64,000 bases of DNA from Polyangiaceae bacterium (GCA_033763455.1 JANRKO010000028.1:96001-160000); one strand, 5' to 3'; positions 38,779 to 48,981 are shown, counted from the first letter of the stretch. Program-made: numbers and translations. Notes: generated from the letters alone by a model not told the origin.

Positions 38779-40077
38779 ATGTCATTTGCCATGTTTTCAC
38801 CCACGGCGGGGGAGCCCGAGGTCACGCCGTTGCCTCTAGGACGCTACCGAAAATCTGAGGCCTTACTGCGCAAAGCTCAGCGCTTGATCCCGGGTGGGCA
38901 CCACCTCTCCGGGCGGCCGTTGCTCACCCCGGAGACTTCGCCCATGTACATGGAGCGTGGCGAGGGCTGTCGGGTGTGGGATGTCGACGGGCACGAGTAC
39001 CTCGATTACATCGGCGCCTACGGTCCGTGTCTGTTGGGTTATGCGCACCCCGTGGTTGATGCGGCTGCAATTCGACAAATTAGGAACGGTGCGCTTTTAT
39101 CGCTGAATCATCCGCTCCACGTAGCGTTTGCCGAGCGGCTCACCGAACTGTTAACTGGCGGGGAAATGGCCGCCTTCTTCAAAACGGGGTCAGAAGCCAC
39201 CACGGCCGCGCTGCGCGTAGCACGCCGTGCGACGGGACGACGCAAAGTAGTGCGCTGCGGTTACCATGGGTGGCACGATTGGTGTCTGCCCGGAGAGCCA
39301 TTTGTGCCGGAGATGGGGGAGCAGGTGCTGAGTTTCGATCCGAGGCGTAGTGCTTCTTTGTCTGAGATCCTGCAGCAACATCCGCATGAGGTTGCGGCTG
39401 TCATCGTCGCGCCTGAGATGATCTTGCCGACAAGCCAGGCCGTATTTGCTCAACTCGTAGAGGCGACGCATCGGGCAGGCGCCGTATTTATCCTCGATGA
39501 AGTGAAAACGGGCCTCCGGATCCGGCCTGGGTTCTTCCAACAGTACGTTGGAATCGTGCCGGACTTAACGACTCTCAGTAAGGCGCTGGGCAACGGGTGG
39601 CCCGTAGCAGCACTTGTGGGTTCGCGCGCCATCATGGAGCATGGCGCTGGGCTGCATATTTCGGCGACGTACCACGGGGAAACGGCCGGTATAGCTGCCG
39701 CCCTGGCAACGCTCGACATCGTGCAACAAGAAGACGTGTGTGGTCACGTTTGGAGGCTCGGGGAAATGCTCATCGACGGCCTCAACCATCTGGCTGTGTT
39801 CCATGGCATTCCGGCAAAGGCTTATGGTGAGCCATTGCCGCCCATGCCCTTTTTGCGGTTCAGCGTTCGAGATCCGGAGCTCACTCAGGCCCTTGAGAAC
39901 ACGTTCTATTCGGAGCTTTATGTGGCCGGGATCCTGTTTCACCCGCGGCACTTGTGGTTCATCAGCTATGCGCATCGAATGGGTGACATTGAACGCACCC
40001 TCGAGGCTGCCGATAAAGCCCTCAGGGTTACCGCTGAACGGCACGGTGCAGAGCTCGCAAGGGGGCTTTCTCCCTGA
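38779..40077 (+). CDS. Class III PLP aminotransferase (GSA-aminomutase-like)
   Basis: WDVDGHEYLDY, FKTGSEAT, GYHGWHD, DEVKTGLR, SKALGNG. Confidence 0.9.
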   Translation: MSFAMFSPTAGEPEVTPLPLGRYRKSEALLRKAQRLIPGGHHLSGRPLLTPETSPMYMERGEGCRVWDVDGHEYLDYIGAYGPCLLGYAHPVVDAAAIRQIRNGALLSLNHPLHVAFAERLTELLTGGEMAAFFKTGSEATTAALRVARRATGRRKVVRCGYHGWHDWCLPGEPFVPEMGEQVLSFDPRRSASLSEILQQHPHEVAAVIVAPEMILPTSQAVFAQLVEATHRAGAVFILDEVKTGLRIRPGFFQQYVGIVPDLTTLSKALGNGWPVAALVGSRAIMEHGAGLHISATYHGETAGIAAALATLDIVQQEDVCGHVWRLGEMLIDGLNHLAVFHGIPAKAYGEPLPPMPFLRFSVRDPELTQALENTFYSELYVAGILFHPRHLWFISYAHRMGDIERTLEAADKALRVTAERHGAELARGLSP

Positions 40078-40160
40078 AACACGGCGGTGCGCCGAGCCCG
40101 GGCGCATGACCCGGACTCGGCGTTTGGCTTCATTCCCCTTCTTCCGCCCCCTTTGCGGAT

Positions 40161-40895
40161 TTACGGGCGAGAAGAAGTGCTGGCAGGAGTATTCTTCGTC
40201 CCGCTGTTGGCGTGGTGCTCCGGCGCATCCGTGCCCATAATTTTATCCTTCAGCTCGGTCAGTATTGGCTTGGTCACTCGCACGTTGTTGCGGACGTCCT
40301 TCACTCCCTGAACGCTTTCGGCGATGTCCTCGGCCTGATGCTTCATGCTACGTGTTTGCACGGTTCCCTCTAGGATCACTTCACCAGCTTCAACGCGCAC
40401 TTCGATCTCGCTAGCGTCCACCCCGTCGTCTTGGCTGAGCCTATCACACACATCCTCGCGAATGCGGTCATCGGTCCGAGTGTATCCCTTAGGGCCGCGG
40501 CCGGAGAAAGAACTTCGGTCCCCTGTGCTGCTCAGCCCACCGTAGCTACGAGCGCGTGCGCCAGTAGAGGTTCCCGAACCGTAGCCGCCGCTAGATCCAG
40601 AAGTTACCCCATAATTGCCTGCGCCGTAGTTCTCGCGAGTTCCAAGGCTGCCGTACCCAGCTCCATAGCTGCCTGGAAAGCGCTGTCTGCTTGCGCCCCC
40701 TTCGCTCTCCCAATTGCGGTCTTGCTGATCGCGGTTCAGGGGATCTCGATCCCGGCCCGGTTGGCTGCCTCCGAGCCCTCCATCTTGATCTTGCCAGGGG
40801 CGATCTTGATCTTGCCAGGGGCGATCGCGGTCGTTGCGATCCTGATGTTCGAAGTCGTTTCTATTGCGTTCTTCTCGTCCGAATTTGTTGTTCAT
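40161..40895 (-). CDS. BON-domain protein with low-complexity hydrophilic N-terminus
   Basis: GRGPKGYTRTDDRIREDVCDRL..GEVILEGTV..GVKDVRNNVRV. Confidence 0.88.
   Translation of the reverse strand: MNNKFGREERNRNDFEHQDRNDRDRPWQDQDRPWQDQDGGLGGSQPGRDRDPLNRDQQDRNWESEGGASRQRFPGSYGAGYGSLGTRENYGAGNYGVTSGSSGGYGSGTSTGARARSYGGLSSTGDRSSFSGRGPKGYTRTDDRIREDVCDRLSQDDGVDASEIEVRVEAGEVILEGTVQTRSMKHQAEDIAESVQGVKDVRNNVRVTKPILTELKDKIMGTDAPEHHANSGTKNTPASTSSRP
40782..40826 (-). repeat. Perfect 21-nt coding tandem repeat (DRPWQDQ x2)
   Basis: ATCTTGATCTTGCCAGGGGCG twice. Confidence 0.85.
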
Positions 40896-40933
40896 TGGTA
40901 AATTCCAGTCTCTTAAGGTCCCTTTGGAATCAT

Positions 40934-40949
40934 CGCACCACGCATACCC
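40934..40949 (-). promoter_or_regulatory. Weak sigma54-type element
   Basis: Minus strand GGGTAT-GCGTG-GTGCG. Confidence 0.4.
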
Positions 40950-41242
40950 GGACCTTGTTGAGTGCGCGGTAAGGCGCTTCTCAGCAAACATCGTGCCCCA
41001 CGCGTGACGACCATCCATCAAGAGACAACTCGTAATTCCTGCCGCCGCGGGCTAGCTACAACGGTGGCATCATGAGGACGTGCTGCAAGTCTGCTTCACC
41101 ACGAGTGCCTCAAGTGTGGCGGATTGCACAGCCCCTTGCCTGGCCTCGCGTCTTTGGCGACGAGGAACTGAACAGGCGAAACGGGGAACGGCGACCCCCC
41201 ACAGTGGGAGGGCCGCCACCTCAATGGTCGGTCCAGCTATGG

Positions 41243-41812
41243 TTAGGTGCGTGGACCGTACTTTTCGTTTGTAGTGGCCTTGAGCGACGACGGGACAGCT
41301 TGCTCACCGGTTAATACGATGTCAGTGGCGCCGTGGGTTTGCAGAATCGCCTTGGCCCGGGCGCTCTCTTCGCCGCCCTCCACATGGATGGACATTAGAA
41401 TATTACCATTCTTGATTTTGCCTTCGTATTGCTTGGCTTCAAGCTCGGGGATCCCAAGCCCGATGACTGCCCCCGCGATGCCACCCACAGTCGCTCCGGC
41501 AGCGGCTCCGCTGAGCGCAGCCAAGATAGGGCCTGCGGCAATGAACGGGCCTACACCGGGAATGGCGAGGGCGCCTATGCCTGCCAGCAAACCGAGTGTT
41601 CCCCCGAGGGCACCACCGGCGCTCGCTCCTGCTACAGCCCCTTCTGGGGCTTTGGTGTTCTGTTCGTGGGCAAAGTCGCGTGTACCAGCCTTATCGGGGA
41701 AGAGCACCGAAATATCGTTGGTGGAGATCCCGGCTCGCTGGAGCTCACTAACGATTTGCTCTGCTTGAGTGGTGGACGCCACGAGCCCAATTACTGTTTT
41801 GTTAGATGCCAT
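41243..41812 (-). CDS. General stress protein (17M/YflT-like, glycine-zipper membrane segment)
   Basis: GALGGTLGLLAGIGALAIPGVGPFIAAGP..GLGIPELEAKQYE; AAGGA RBS. Confidence 0.8.
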   Translation of the reverse strand: MASNKTVIGLVASTTQAEQIVSELQRAGISTNDISVLFPDKAGTRDFAHEQNTKAPEGAVAGASAGGALGGTLGLLAGIGALAIPGVGPFIAAGPILAALSGAAAGATVGGIAGAVIGLGIPELEAKQYEGKIKNGNILMSIHVEGGEESARAKAILQTHGATDIVLTGEQAVPSSLKATTNEKYGPRT

Positions 41813-41837
41813 GTTGAAAATCCTTATCCATCTTGCA

Positions 41838-42227
41838 CTAGTTGGTTGAAATTTCGAGTTGGTTGTCGATTCGTTGAACACCGTTAGTACGCTGCGCGAT
41901 ACTCGCGATGGTCGATTTTTGCTCGGCGCCGCTCACAGGTCCTCGCAGCGTGACTACGCCATTCACCGTTATGATCTTGATGTTCTTGCTCGTCATCGAA
42001 AGGCTGTCTTCCTTGATCACTGCCTGCCGAATCATCTGGGTGATGGTGCGGTCCGCCTCGCTGCCCCCCTGGTCTCCCGGAGTCAGGGTGAGGGAGTTGC
42101 GGTCGCGCTCGTTTATCCCGGTGTTTTCGGCCGATTTCGTCGCCTTAGATGCTTCGGACTCATGAGCCATTCCGCGGTCGCACGCGCTTGAGCCGAGCGC
42201 CAGAGTTAGAAGAATTGTAAATCGCAT
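41838..42227 (-). CDS. BON-domain lipoprotein
   Basis: SSAC lipobox; ADRTITQMIR..NIKIITVNGVVTLRGPV..IDNQLEI. Confidence 0.88.
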   Translation of the reverse strand: MRFTILLTLALGSSACDRGMAHESEASKATKSAENTGINERDRNSLTLTPGDQGGSEADRTITQMIRQAVIKEDSLSMTSKNIKIITVNGVVTLRGPVSGAEQKSTIASIAQRTNGVQRIDNQLEISTN

Positions 42228-42255
42228 GGTTGGATCCTTTCGGCAAAAGAGCATT

Positions 42256-42522
42256 TCAGACGAGCCGCCGCGAGGAGCCGCCAAAATAGCTGCCTATAGC
42301 CAACAGAATGATCGCGCCAATCACGCTACCGATGACGCCGGCAGTGTTGAAGTCAGCGGCGCGCTGATCCGAGATGATGCTGGCCACGAATCCGCCCAGA
42401 AATGAACCCGCGATGCCGAGCACTGCGGTCATGACGAGCCCCATTTTTTGCTCACCTGGCATTACAGCTCGCGCCACAAACCCAACAATCAAACCAAACA
42501 CTATGAATAGTAAAATTCCCAC
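42256..42522 (-). CDS. GlsB/YeaQ/YmgE transglycosylase-associated membrane protein
   Basis: FGLIVGFVARAVMPG..LGIAGSFLGG..SVIGAIILL. Confidence 0.92.
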   Translation of the reverse strand: MGILLFIVFGLIVGFVARAVMPGEQKMGLVMTAVLGIAGSFLGGFVASIISDQRAADFNTAGVIGSVIGAIILLAIGSYFGGSSRRLV

Positions 42523-42593
42523 GACAGGCTCCTTGGGTGCCTAAAGGCACGCCTCCACGCGCCGCCGAGATTGGCGGTCGTGGAGCAAGCCCC

Positions 42594-42609
42594 AGCAAGG
42601 AGCGCGCCA
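42594..42609 (-). promoter_or_regulatory. sigma54-type promoter
   Basis: Minus strand TGGCGC-GCTCC-TTGCT. Confidence 0.75.
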
Positions 42610-42772
42610 AACATGTGACTCTAAATCGACGGCTCTATTGCGTGTCACTCTGGCGCGGGTTGTGATTGGGGGTATCCGTTCAGATTTCGATATGCCTTTG
42701 GCATTTGGACGGCGTGGCAAAGCGCACCAGCGAGGGCTTTGTGCAACAAAAGGGTGCTGGCATGTTCGCCGA

Positions 42773-42788
42773 CGGCACGCGCTGTGCA
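42773..42788 (+). promoter_or_regulatory. sigma54-type promoter
   Basis: CGGCAC-GCGCT-GTGCA. Confidence 0.7.
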
Positions 42789-42857
42789 CCGACTCGAAGC
42801 TATGGAAAAATCGGAATTACGCATTCCCCCTATCGGGGCGCGGTTGGGAGGCGAGGC

Positions 42858-43361
42858 GTGACCTTGCAACGGCTATTAATGGGCTGCCTTCTTGGACTGA
42901 TCGCTACGGTGCCAATGAGTGCCGTCATGCTGGGCGGGAAGCGTTTGTTGAGGCCGGGGGATCGGGGGCCGCTTCCTCCGCAGCAAATCACGCACGAGGT
43001 TTTGGAGCGGGTGCGCGCTGGCGATCCGCCGGAACATCGGTCCATGGTGCCGGTCGCTGCCGTCCTTTTGGCTGAATCCGCGCTCACTCGTCCGCTGTCA
43101 CGGCTCCTTCATTTCGGGTACGGGGCCGCGATGGGCGCCACCTATGTGGAACTTTGCCACGGGCTCCCGAACACACGCAGCGGGATCGCCTTTGGGCTCG
43201 GCGTGTGGACCGCGAGCTATTGTGGATGGCTCCCCGCTCTGAGGTTCTCGTCCGCCGCAAAGGCACAGAGTGCGGCGCGTAACACGTTGATGATTGCGGC
43301 ACACGTCACCTGGGGCGCCGCGGCTGGCGCACTCGGTCGCGCCTGGCGCCGCACATTATAA
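42858..43361 (+). CDS. Membrane protein (DUF1440-like)
   Basis: GTG with GGAGG RBS; ATVPMS, LPPQQIT, LHFGYGAAMG, FGLGVW..SY.GW.P, AHVTWG. Confidence 0.7.
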   Translation: MTLQRLLMGCLLGLIATVPMSAVMLGGKRLLRPGDRGPLPPQQITHEVLERVRAGDPPEHRSMVPVAAVLLAESALTRPLSRLLHFGYGAAMGATYVELCHGLPNTRSGIAFGLGVWTASYCGWLPALRFSSAAKAQSAARNTLMIAAHVTWGAAAGALGRAWRRTL

Positions 43362-43392
43362 CCCCAAGCGCGAGAAGCGCGGGCAGGGGCTG

Positions 43393-43408
43393 CGGCACGT
43401 ATATTGCT
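43393..43408 (+). promoter_or_regulatory. sigma54-type promoter
   Basis: CGGCAC-GTATA-TTGCT. Confidence 0.8.
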
Positions 43409-43484
43409 AATTCCACCCCAGTGCATGTTGAGTGCGCGCGTTTAAGCGTCACCAATAATCAGCTCCTAACTAAGGGAACCATTC

Positions 43485-43931
43485 ATGAACGCAATAGATC
43501 TGCTCAAAGAAGACCACACCCTCGTGCGCGACCTTTTGGAACAACTCACAGCAACGTCCTCACGGGCAAAAAAGTCGCGTGCCGATCTCTTGGTCAAAAT
43601 CGCCCGCGAAATCCGAGTGCATGCCCAGATTGAGGAGGATATTTTTTATCCAGCGTTCCGCAAGGTCGCCAAGGATGATGCCATGTTCTTTGAAGCGCTA
43701 GAGGAGCACCGCGCCGTGGAGCGCCTCGTTCTGCCTGACTTAGAGAAGACTCCCGTGGACTCGGAGCGTTTCAGTGGGCGCGCGAAGGTGCTCAAGGACT
43801 TGATCGAGCACCACGCGGATGAGGAAGAAGAGGAGATGTTTCCCAAGGCCAAGAAGCTCATGGCTCGGGAAGACTTGGAGATGCTAGGGAAACGCATGCT
43901 TGCTTTAAAGAGTGAGCTTAAAGCGGCGTAA
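43485..43931 (+). CDS. Hemerythrin (HHE) domain protein
   Basis: LLKEDH, HAQIEEDIFYP, EEH, HHADEEEEEMFP. Confidence 0.92.
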   Translation: MNAIDLLKEDHTLVRDLLEQLTATSSRAKKSRADLLVKIAREIRVHAQIEEDIFYPAFRKVAKDDAMFFEALEEHRAVERLVLPDLEKTPVDSERFSGRAKVLKDLIEHHADEEEEEMFPKAKKLMAREDLEMLGKRMLALKSELKAA

Positions 43932-44078
43932 CACTTTCGAGGGAAAAGCGTCCCGCAAACGTGCGCAGGCAGCCAAAATTTGCGTTCCCCAAGTGTGGCA
44001 AAATGCCCCAGCGAGGGGTTCTCGGGGTGCGTGTGGTGGAAGGGTGAATGCAGTGCTTTCCGTGAACCCAAGTCGTGT

Positions 44079-46982
44079 ATGCTGACGCCCATGCCGGCAC
44101 CCGAGCAGCTAGACGCCCTTCGCGATTTCGTCGAGACTTCTTCGATTGGCCTGCATTGGGTGGCAGCCGACGGCACAATTCTATGGGCTAATCCGGCCGA
44201 TTACGTACCTCTCGGTTATTCGGAGAAAGAATATATCGGGCGCAATATTACAGAATTTCATGCCGACGCTACGGCCGTTTCCGATATTCTTCGAAGGCTA
44301 ACGTCAGGGGAGCGTCTGCACAACTATGAAGCGCGTCTGCGTTGTAAGGACGGCACGACGCGCAGGGTGCTCATTACCTCCAGCGTAAAATTCGACGAAA
44401 GTGGCGAGTTTGTCCATACTCGGTGTTTCACGGTGGACGTCTCGGAGCGCTGCCACGAGGTTACTGAGTTGCAGTTTGAAGCACTCAACCGCGAGGTCGA
44501 GCGCCTGCGTGTGCTCGCCTCACGCAAGCGTGGGCTTCTTGCGGCGATTCTTCAGCACAGCCCCCATGGCATCATCGTGTGTGACACCGAGGGCAAGCTC
44601 ACACTGCAAAATGAGGCGGCCGAGAAGATTTGGGCCGGCAGCGCCACCGCAGATACTGTGGCCGGTTGGGGTAAGTACCGTGCGTTTCATCCCGATGGGC
44701 GCCCATTCGAGGCCACCGATTGGTCCATGGCTCGCGCCCTCAGCAAGCGGGAGGTGGTGGCCGCCGACGAAATTCACATTCTGCGCTTCGATGACAGGCC
44801 CGCTGTGCTTTTGGGCAGTTCGGCACCCATTTTCGACAGCGAAGGGAAGCTGGAAGGCGCGCTTTCGGTGTTTGCCGACATCACCGAGTTTAAGCGACAA
44901 GATGCTGAGCTGCGTGTGAGCGCGGAGCGCTACGCCACCACTTTGCGGAGCATTGGAGACGCCGTAATTGCGACCGACGCCGGCGGCCATGTTACTTTCA
45001 TGAACCCGGTTGGCGAGAGCCTTACCAAGTGGACTTTGGCTGACGCCCTAGGAAAGCCACTGCACGAGGTCTTCCGAATTGTTAACGAGCATACGCGCGA
45101 GGTGGTGGAGAGTCCGGTAGATAAGGTCATTCGAGCGGGTAAGATCGTCGGCCTCGCCAACCACACCATCCTCACCGCGCGTGATGGCTCGGAGGTAGCC
45201 ATTGATGACAGTGGAGCTCCCATTTTCGGTGATGATGGTGCGTTGGTGGGGGTGGTTCTTGTGTTTCGAGACGTCACCGAGAAGCGTCGCGAGGAAGATC
45301 GCCGCCAGTTTATCGCCGGAGCCAGTGCCCACCTGGTCTCAAGCCTGGATTACGTCGCGACACTAACCACTGTGGCGAACCTTTCGGTGCCGACCATCGC
45401 GGACTGGTGCGCCATAGACATGGTGGCCGGTGAGGGCCGCGTTGAGCGCCTGGCTGTCGCGCATGCTGACCCCGGGAAGGTTCGGTTTGCGAAGGAAGTG
45501 GAGCAGAAGTATCCGCCGGATCCGCAGTCTCCGTACGGTGTGCACGAGGTGATTCGAACCGGCAAGGCCCAGATGATGAGCGAAATCCCCGAGGCCCTCT
45601 TGATAGCGGCCGCCGTTGACGACGAACACCTGCGAATTATTGAGGAGTTGGGGTTGAAGTCTTCGATGGTGGTGCCGCTTCGCTGCCGGGGCAGGATCTT
45701 AGGGGCAATCACCTTCGTTGCCGCCGAGTCCAATCGCCGGTTTGGCCCGCTAGATTTGTCGCTCGCCGAGGAAATTGCTGGCATCGCCGCGCTCGCGGTT
45801 GACAACGCGCGCCTCTACCGCGAGGCGCAGAATGCCAATAGCGCTAAGGATGAGTTTCTGGCCACCGTATCGCACGAGCTTCGCACACCGCTCAGCGCAA
45901 TTCTTGGTTGGGCGCACCTCCTGAACAACAACGGGCTACCGGAGGAGAAACGGCAGCACGCCTTAGAGGTGATTGAACGCAATGCTCGAGCTCAGGCACA
46001 ACTCATTGAGGATCTGCTCGACGTTTCTCGGATCATATCGGGGAAATTAAGGCTAGAAACGCGAGCATTCGACCTCGCCACAATTATTAGCGCAGCAGTG
46101 GATGGTGTGCGGCCAGCTGCGGAGGCGAAAAACGTGAGGATCAGCCTTCAGGTTGATGACGCCGCACGCAACGCGGTGGGTGACCCCGACAGGCTTCAAC
46201 AAGTAGTTTGGAACTTACTGTCGAACGCTGTGAAGTTTACGGGGAAGAATGATACGGTTACGATCCAGCTTACGCGTGAGGGTTCTCACGCGGAGATTGG
46301 TGTTACCGATACCGGTATGGGTATTGAGCCGCAGCACTTACCGCACATTTTCGAGCGCTTTAAGCAGGCAAACGCGACCACGACCCGATCGCACGGCGGG
46401 TTAGGGCTGGGCCTTTCCATTGTGAAACACCTCGTTGAGCTACATGGGGGAACTGTCACCGCAGCCAGTGAAGGTGCGAACCGGGGCTCGTCGTTCAAAG
46501 TCAGGCTGCCGCTCGGCGGTGTTTCGCCTTCTCAAACAATCCTGCATGCATCCTCGCGGCATACTTGGGAAGCCCCCCGCCTTGAGGGGTTAAAAGTCCT
46601 CGTTGTCGATGATGAAGAAGATACTCGGCGTCTCGTTGTGACGGTGCTCGAGGCTCACGGAGCCATTGTCACCTCCGTCGGCTCCGCTGCGCACGCGCTA
46701 CGCGAAGTGGAACGGGAGCCTCCCGACGTGCTCGTCAGTGACGTTGGTATGCCCGAAGAAGACGGCTACAGCCTAATTCGCAAGGTACGCGTTGTGATGA
46801 AGGAGCGGGGCCGTCCGCTGCCTGCAGTTGCCCTCACAGCCTACGCTCGCCGGGAAGATAGGACACGCGCGCTCTTGGCGGGGTTTCAGTCACACGTGGT
46901 GAAACCGTTTTCGCCAGATGAGCTGTTGATCGTGGTGGCAACCCTTGCAGGCAGAACCGAAGAGTCTTGTCCGTTGGGCTGA
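44079..46982 (+). CDS. Hybrid histidine kinase PASx3-GAF-HisKA-HATPase-REC
   Basis: Three PAS domains, GAF (ADWCAID), VSHELRTPL, NLLSNAVKFT, VLVSDVGMP. Confidence 0.92.
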   Translation: MLTPMPAPEQLDALRDFVETSSIGLHWVAADGTILWANPADYVPLGYSEKEYIGRNITEFHADATAVSDILRRLTSGERLHNYEARLRCKDGTTRRVLITSSVKFDESGEFVHTRCFTVDVSERCHEVTELQFEALNREVERLRVLASRKRGLLAAILQHSPHGIIVCDTEGKLTLQNEAAEKIWAGSATADTVAGWGKYRAFHPDGRPFEATDWSMARALSKREVVAADEIHILRFDDRPAVLLGSSAPIFDSEGKLEGALSVFADITEFKRQDAELRVSAERYATTLRSIGDAVIATDAGGHVTFMNPVGESLTKWTLADALGKPLHEVFRIVNEHTREVVESPVDKVIRAGKIVGLANHTILTARDGSEVAIDDSGAPIFGDDGALVGVVLVFRDVTEKRREEDRRQFIAGASAHLVSSLDYVATLTTVANLSVPTIADWCAIDMVAGEGRVERLAVAHADPGKVRFAKEVEQKYPPDPQSPYGVHEVIRTGKAQMMSEIPEALLIAAAVDDEHLRIIEELGLKSSMVVPLRCRGRILGAITFVAAESNRRFGPLDLSLAEEIAGIAALAVDNARLYREAQNANSAKDEFLATVSHELRTPLSAILGWAHLLNNNGLPEEKRQHALEVIERNARAQAQLIEDLLDVSRIISGKLRLETRAFDLATIISAAVDGVRPAAEAKNVRISLQVDDAARNAVGDPDRLQQVVWNLLSNAVKFTGKNDTVTIQLTREGSHAEIGVTDTGMGIEPQHLPHIFERFKQANATTTRSHGGLGLGLSIVKHLVELHGGTVTAASEGANRGSSFKVRLPLGGVSPSQTILHASSRHTWEAPRLEGLKVLVVDDEEDTRRLVVTVLEAHGAIVTSVGSAAHALREVEREPPDVLVSDVGMPEEDGYSLIRKVRVVMKERGRPLPAVALTAYARREDRTRALLAGFQSHVVKPFSPDELLIVVATLAGRTEESCPLG

Positions 46983-47101
46983 GCTGAGCCCCATTCACGA
47001 GTGGCGCGGAGTTAAGGCGGGGTTCTCCTCCGCGGCCTCCATCTCCTCGATCCAATCGGAGAAAGTGGGCTCCACGGATGCGGCGGGGAAGTGGCGGACT
47101 G

Positions 47102-48661
47102 CTACTGATGCAAGATCCTCCACAGGCGCCCAGCTTTGTCGTCGCTCACATAGAGCGACCCATCTGGCCCCTCACCAACACCGACGGGCCGGTACATCGC
47201 CTGCTCCGGAAGCGGCCGGTTCGGTCCCGCAAAGCCATCTGCGAACATTTCGGCGGCAATCCCTGGTTGCCCATTGGTGAACGGCAGGAACATAACGCTG
47301 TAGCCGGGGAGGGCGCCGGGGGGATTGGGAGTGAACCGGGAGCCGTGAAACGCTACGAGTAGGCCGCCCTGATAGCGAGCAGGGAATTGATCACCCGTGT
47401 AGAAATGCATCCCCAAAGGCGCAAGGTGAGCCGGGAAGGCGAACTTAGGAAGGGGCACCGCACCGCAGCGTCCGGCATCCACGCCGTTTCCGCCATACTC
47501 CGGTGCCAACACGTTGCCACGGCCGCCGTCGTGATAGCAGTAGGGCCATCCATAGTCAGCGCCGTTCGCAATGAGGTACAGGGCTTCCGACGGTAGATTC
47601 TGATCTTGCGTGGCGGAAAAGAGGCCAGGCCAATTTTCATTTAATTGGTCCCGTCCATTTTGCACACCCCAGAGTTCGCTCGTGCCAGGCCTAATGGCGA
47701 GTGCGGTGGTATTTCTTAAACCGCTACCGTAGCGCAAACCGTCAGTTTGGATCTGCCCGAGCAAGCCCGGTTCGAAACGCCACACACCCGCTCGCGTGAG
47801 CAGCTCGGGGCAGGGGTCGATGCCGGGGGAGAGCAACGTGCGGTTCTGAAGCTGGCAAGAATTCGTGGCGGAACCAATATTCACAAATAGTCGCGCATCA
47901 GGGCCAAAAACGATCGATTTTGACGCATGATCGCCCGTGCCCGGCAACCCCGAAACAACCACTTCAGGGGCACTAGAAGGGGTCAGCACACCATTGGGGA
48001 GTGCCCAGCGAACTACCCGGGTATTTTCAGCGAAGTAAAGGTACCCGTCTCGCCATTCGATGCCATTTCCGCCCTCGTTACCGAACGTCTGCCGCTGATC
48101 GAGCTTTCCGTTCCCGGTGGTGTCGCGAAGAGCCACGACTTTTCCTTTGGTAATCCCGTCCGTCGAATTGTTGATCGCCACAAATACGTCACCGCTCGGA
48201 GCGATGGCAAAATGCCTCGCTGGGCCAAGATTGTCTGCCACAGCGAGGGCACAGAATCCCGGAGGCAACGTTAATCCGCCATTGTCAGCGTCACAGGCAA
48301 CTTGCACCGGTGCGCCCCCTGCGCCACCACTCCCACCTGCCATGCCGGCACTTCCTGCCATGCCAGCGCTTCCTGCAACGCCCCCCTGCCCGGCGCTTCC
48401 ACCTAAGCTATTGCTACCTCCGATGGTGGGGGTTCCAGCTGCGCCAGCGGCTGCTCCAGCTGCGCCGCCTGCGGGATTTGCCTTTCCTCCGCTGCCAGGA
48501 GTGCCGCCCGTGGCTTTGCCGCCGGTCCCACCGGTCCTCCCGCCCGTGGTACCAGTGCCGGGCCCTGGATCGTCCGTGTCATCGCTGCAAGCAATTGGAA
48601 CGGCGAGAAGAAGCAAAGGCAACAGGGAAACCTTGAGTAACTGCGAACGAGAGTATGACAT
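47102..48661 (-). CDS. Sorbosone/PQQ-dependent sugar dehydrogenase-like beta-propeller lipoprotein
   Basis: PIAC lipobox, Gly-rich linker, LPPGF, GLRN, DYGWPYC, HLAPLG, RPVGV..DGSLYVSDD. Confidence 0.88.
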   Translation of the reverse strand: MSYSRSQLLKVSLLPLLLLAVPIACSDDTDDPGPGTGTTGGRTGGTGGKATGGTPGSGGKANPAGGAAGAAAGAAGTPTIGGSNSLGGSAGQGGVAGSAGMAGSAGMAGGSGGAGGAPVQVACDADNGGLTLPPGFCALAVADNLGPARHFAIAPSGDVFVAINNSTDGITKGKVVALRDTTGNGKLDQRQTFGNEGGNGIEWRDGYLYFAENTRVVRWALPNGVLTPSSAPEVVVSGLPGTGDHASKSIVFGPDARLFVNIGSATNSCQLQNRTLLSPGIDPCPELLTRAGVWRFEPGLLGQIQTDGLRYGSGLRNTTALAIRPGTSELWGVQNGRDQLNENWPGLFSATQDQNLPSEALYLIANGADYGWPYCYHDGGRGNVLAPEYGGNGVDAGRCGAVPLPKFAFPAHLAPLGMHFYTGDQFPARYQGGLLVAFHGSRFTPNPPGALPGYSVMFLPFTNGQPGIAAEMFADGFAGPNRPLPEQAMYRPVGVGEGPDGSLYVSDDKAGRLWRILHQ

Positions 48662-48704
48662 TCTAGATTCTCCAAAGTAATAAATCTTAACTTCGTGAGA
48701 GCTC

Positions 48705-48720
48705 TGCAACGAACGTGCCG
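48705..48720 (-). promoter_or_regulatory. sigma54-type promoter
   Basis: Minus strand CGGCAC-GTTCG-TTGCA. Confidence 0.8.
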
Positions 48721-48907
48721 CCATTTCGAAACCATGTGTTGCTACAAGCACCTGAAAGCAACCGGAGCGTACGAAAGGCGCGCGAGGAAGATCCGCAAGA
48801 CGCTACATCACGAGTGCCACAGTTGTGGCAGGATGCATCCTCGGCAATTGCCATTTAACCATTAAAGGGTATTGGCTGCGTGATTGCGGGACCTTATGCC
48901 CCAGTGC

Positions 48908-48923
48908 TGGCACACGCCTTGCT
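48908..48923 (+). promoter_or_regulatory. sigma54-type promoter
   Basis: TGGCAC-ACGCC-TTGCT, consensus match. Confidence 0.82.
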
Positions 48924-48981
48924 GGGGGAGGAGTAATGCGTCGCTTGTGGTCGATGCTTCCCAACATTAGGAGAATGAGAA

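Noticed and set aside
38779..40077. Calling the aminotransferase hemL
   Set aside because: Divergent motifs (FKTGSEAT, GYHGWHD) and a glycan context suggest a paralogue; no symbol assigned.
44037..44057. Two overlapping GG-N10-GC matches before the 44079 kinase
   Set aside because: Poor -24 context; expected by chance in GC-rich DNA.
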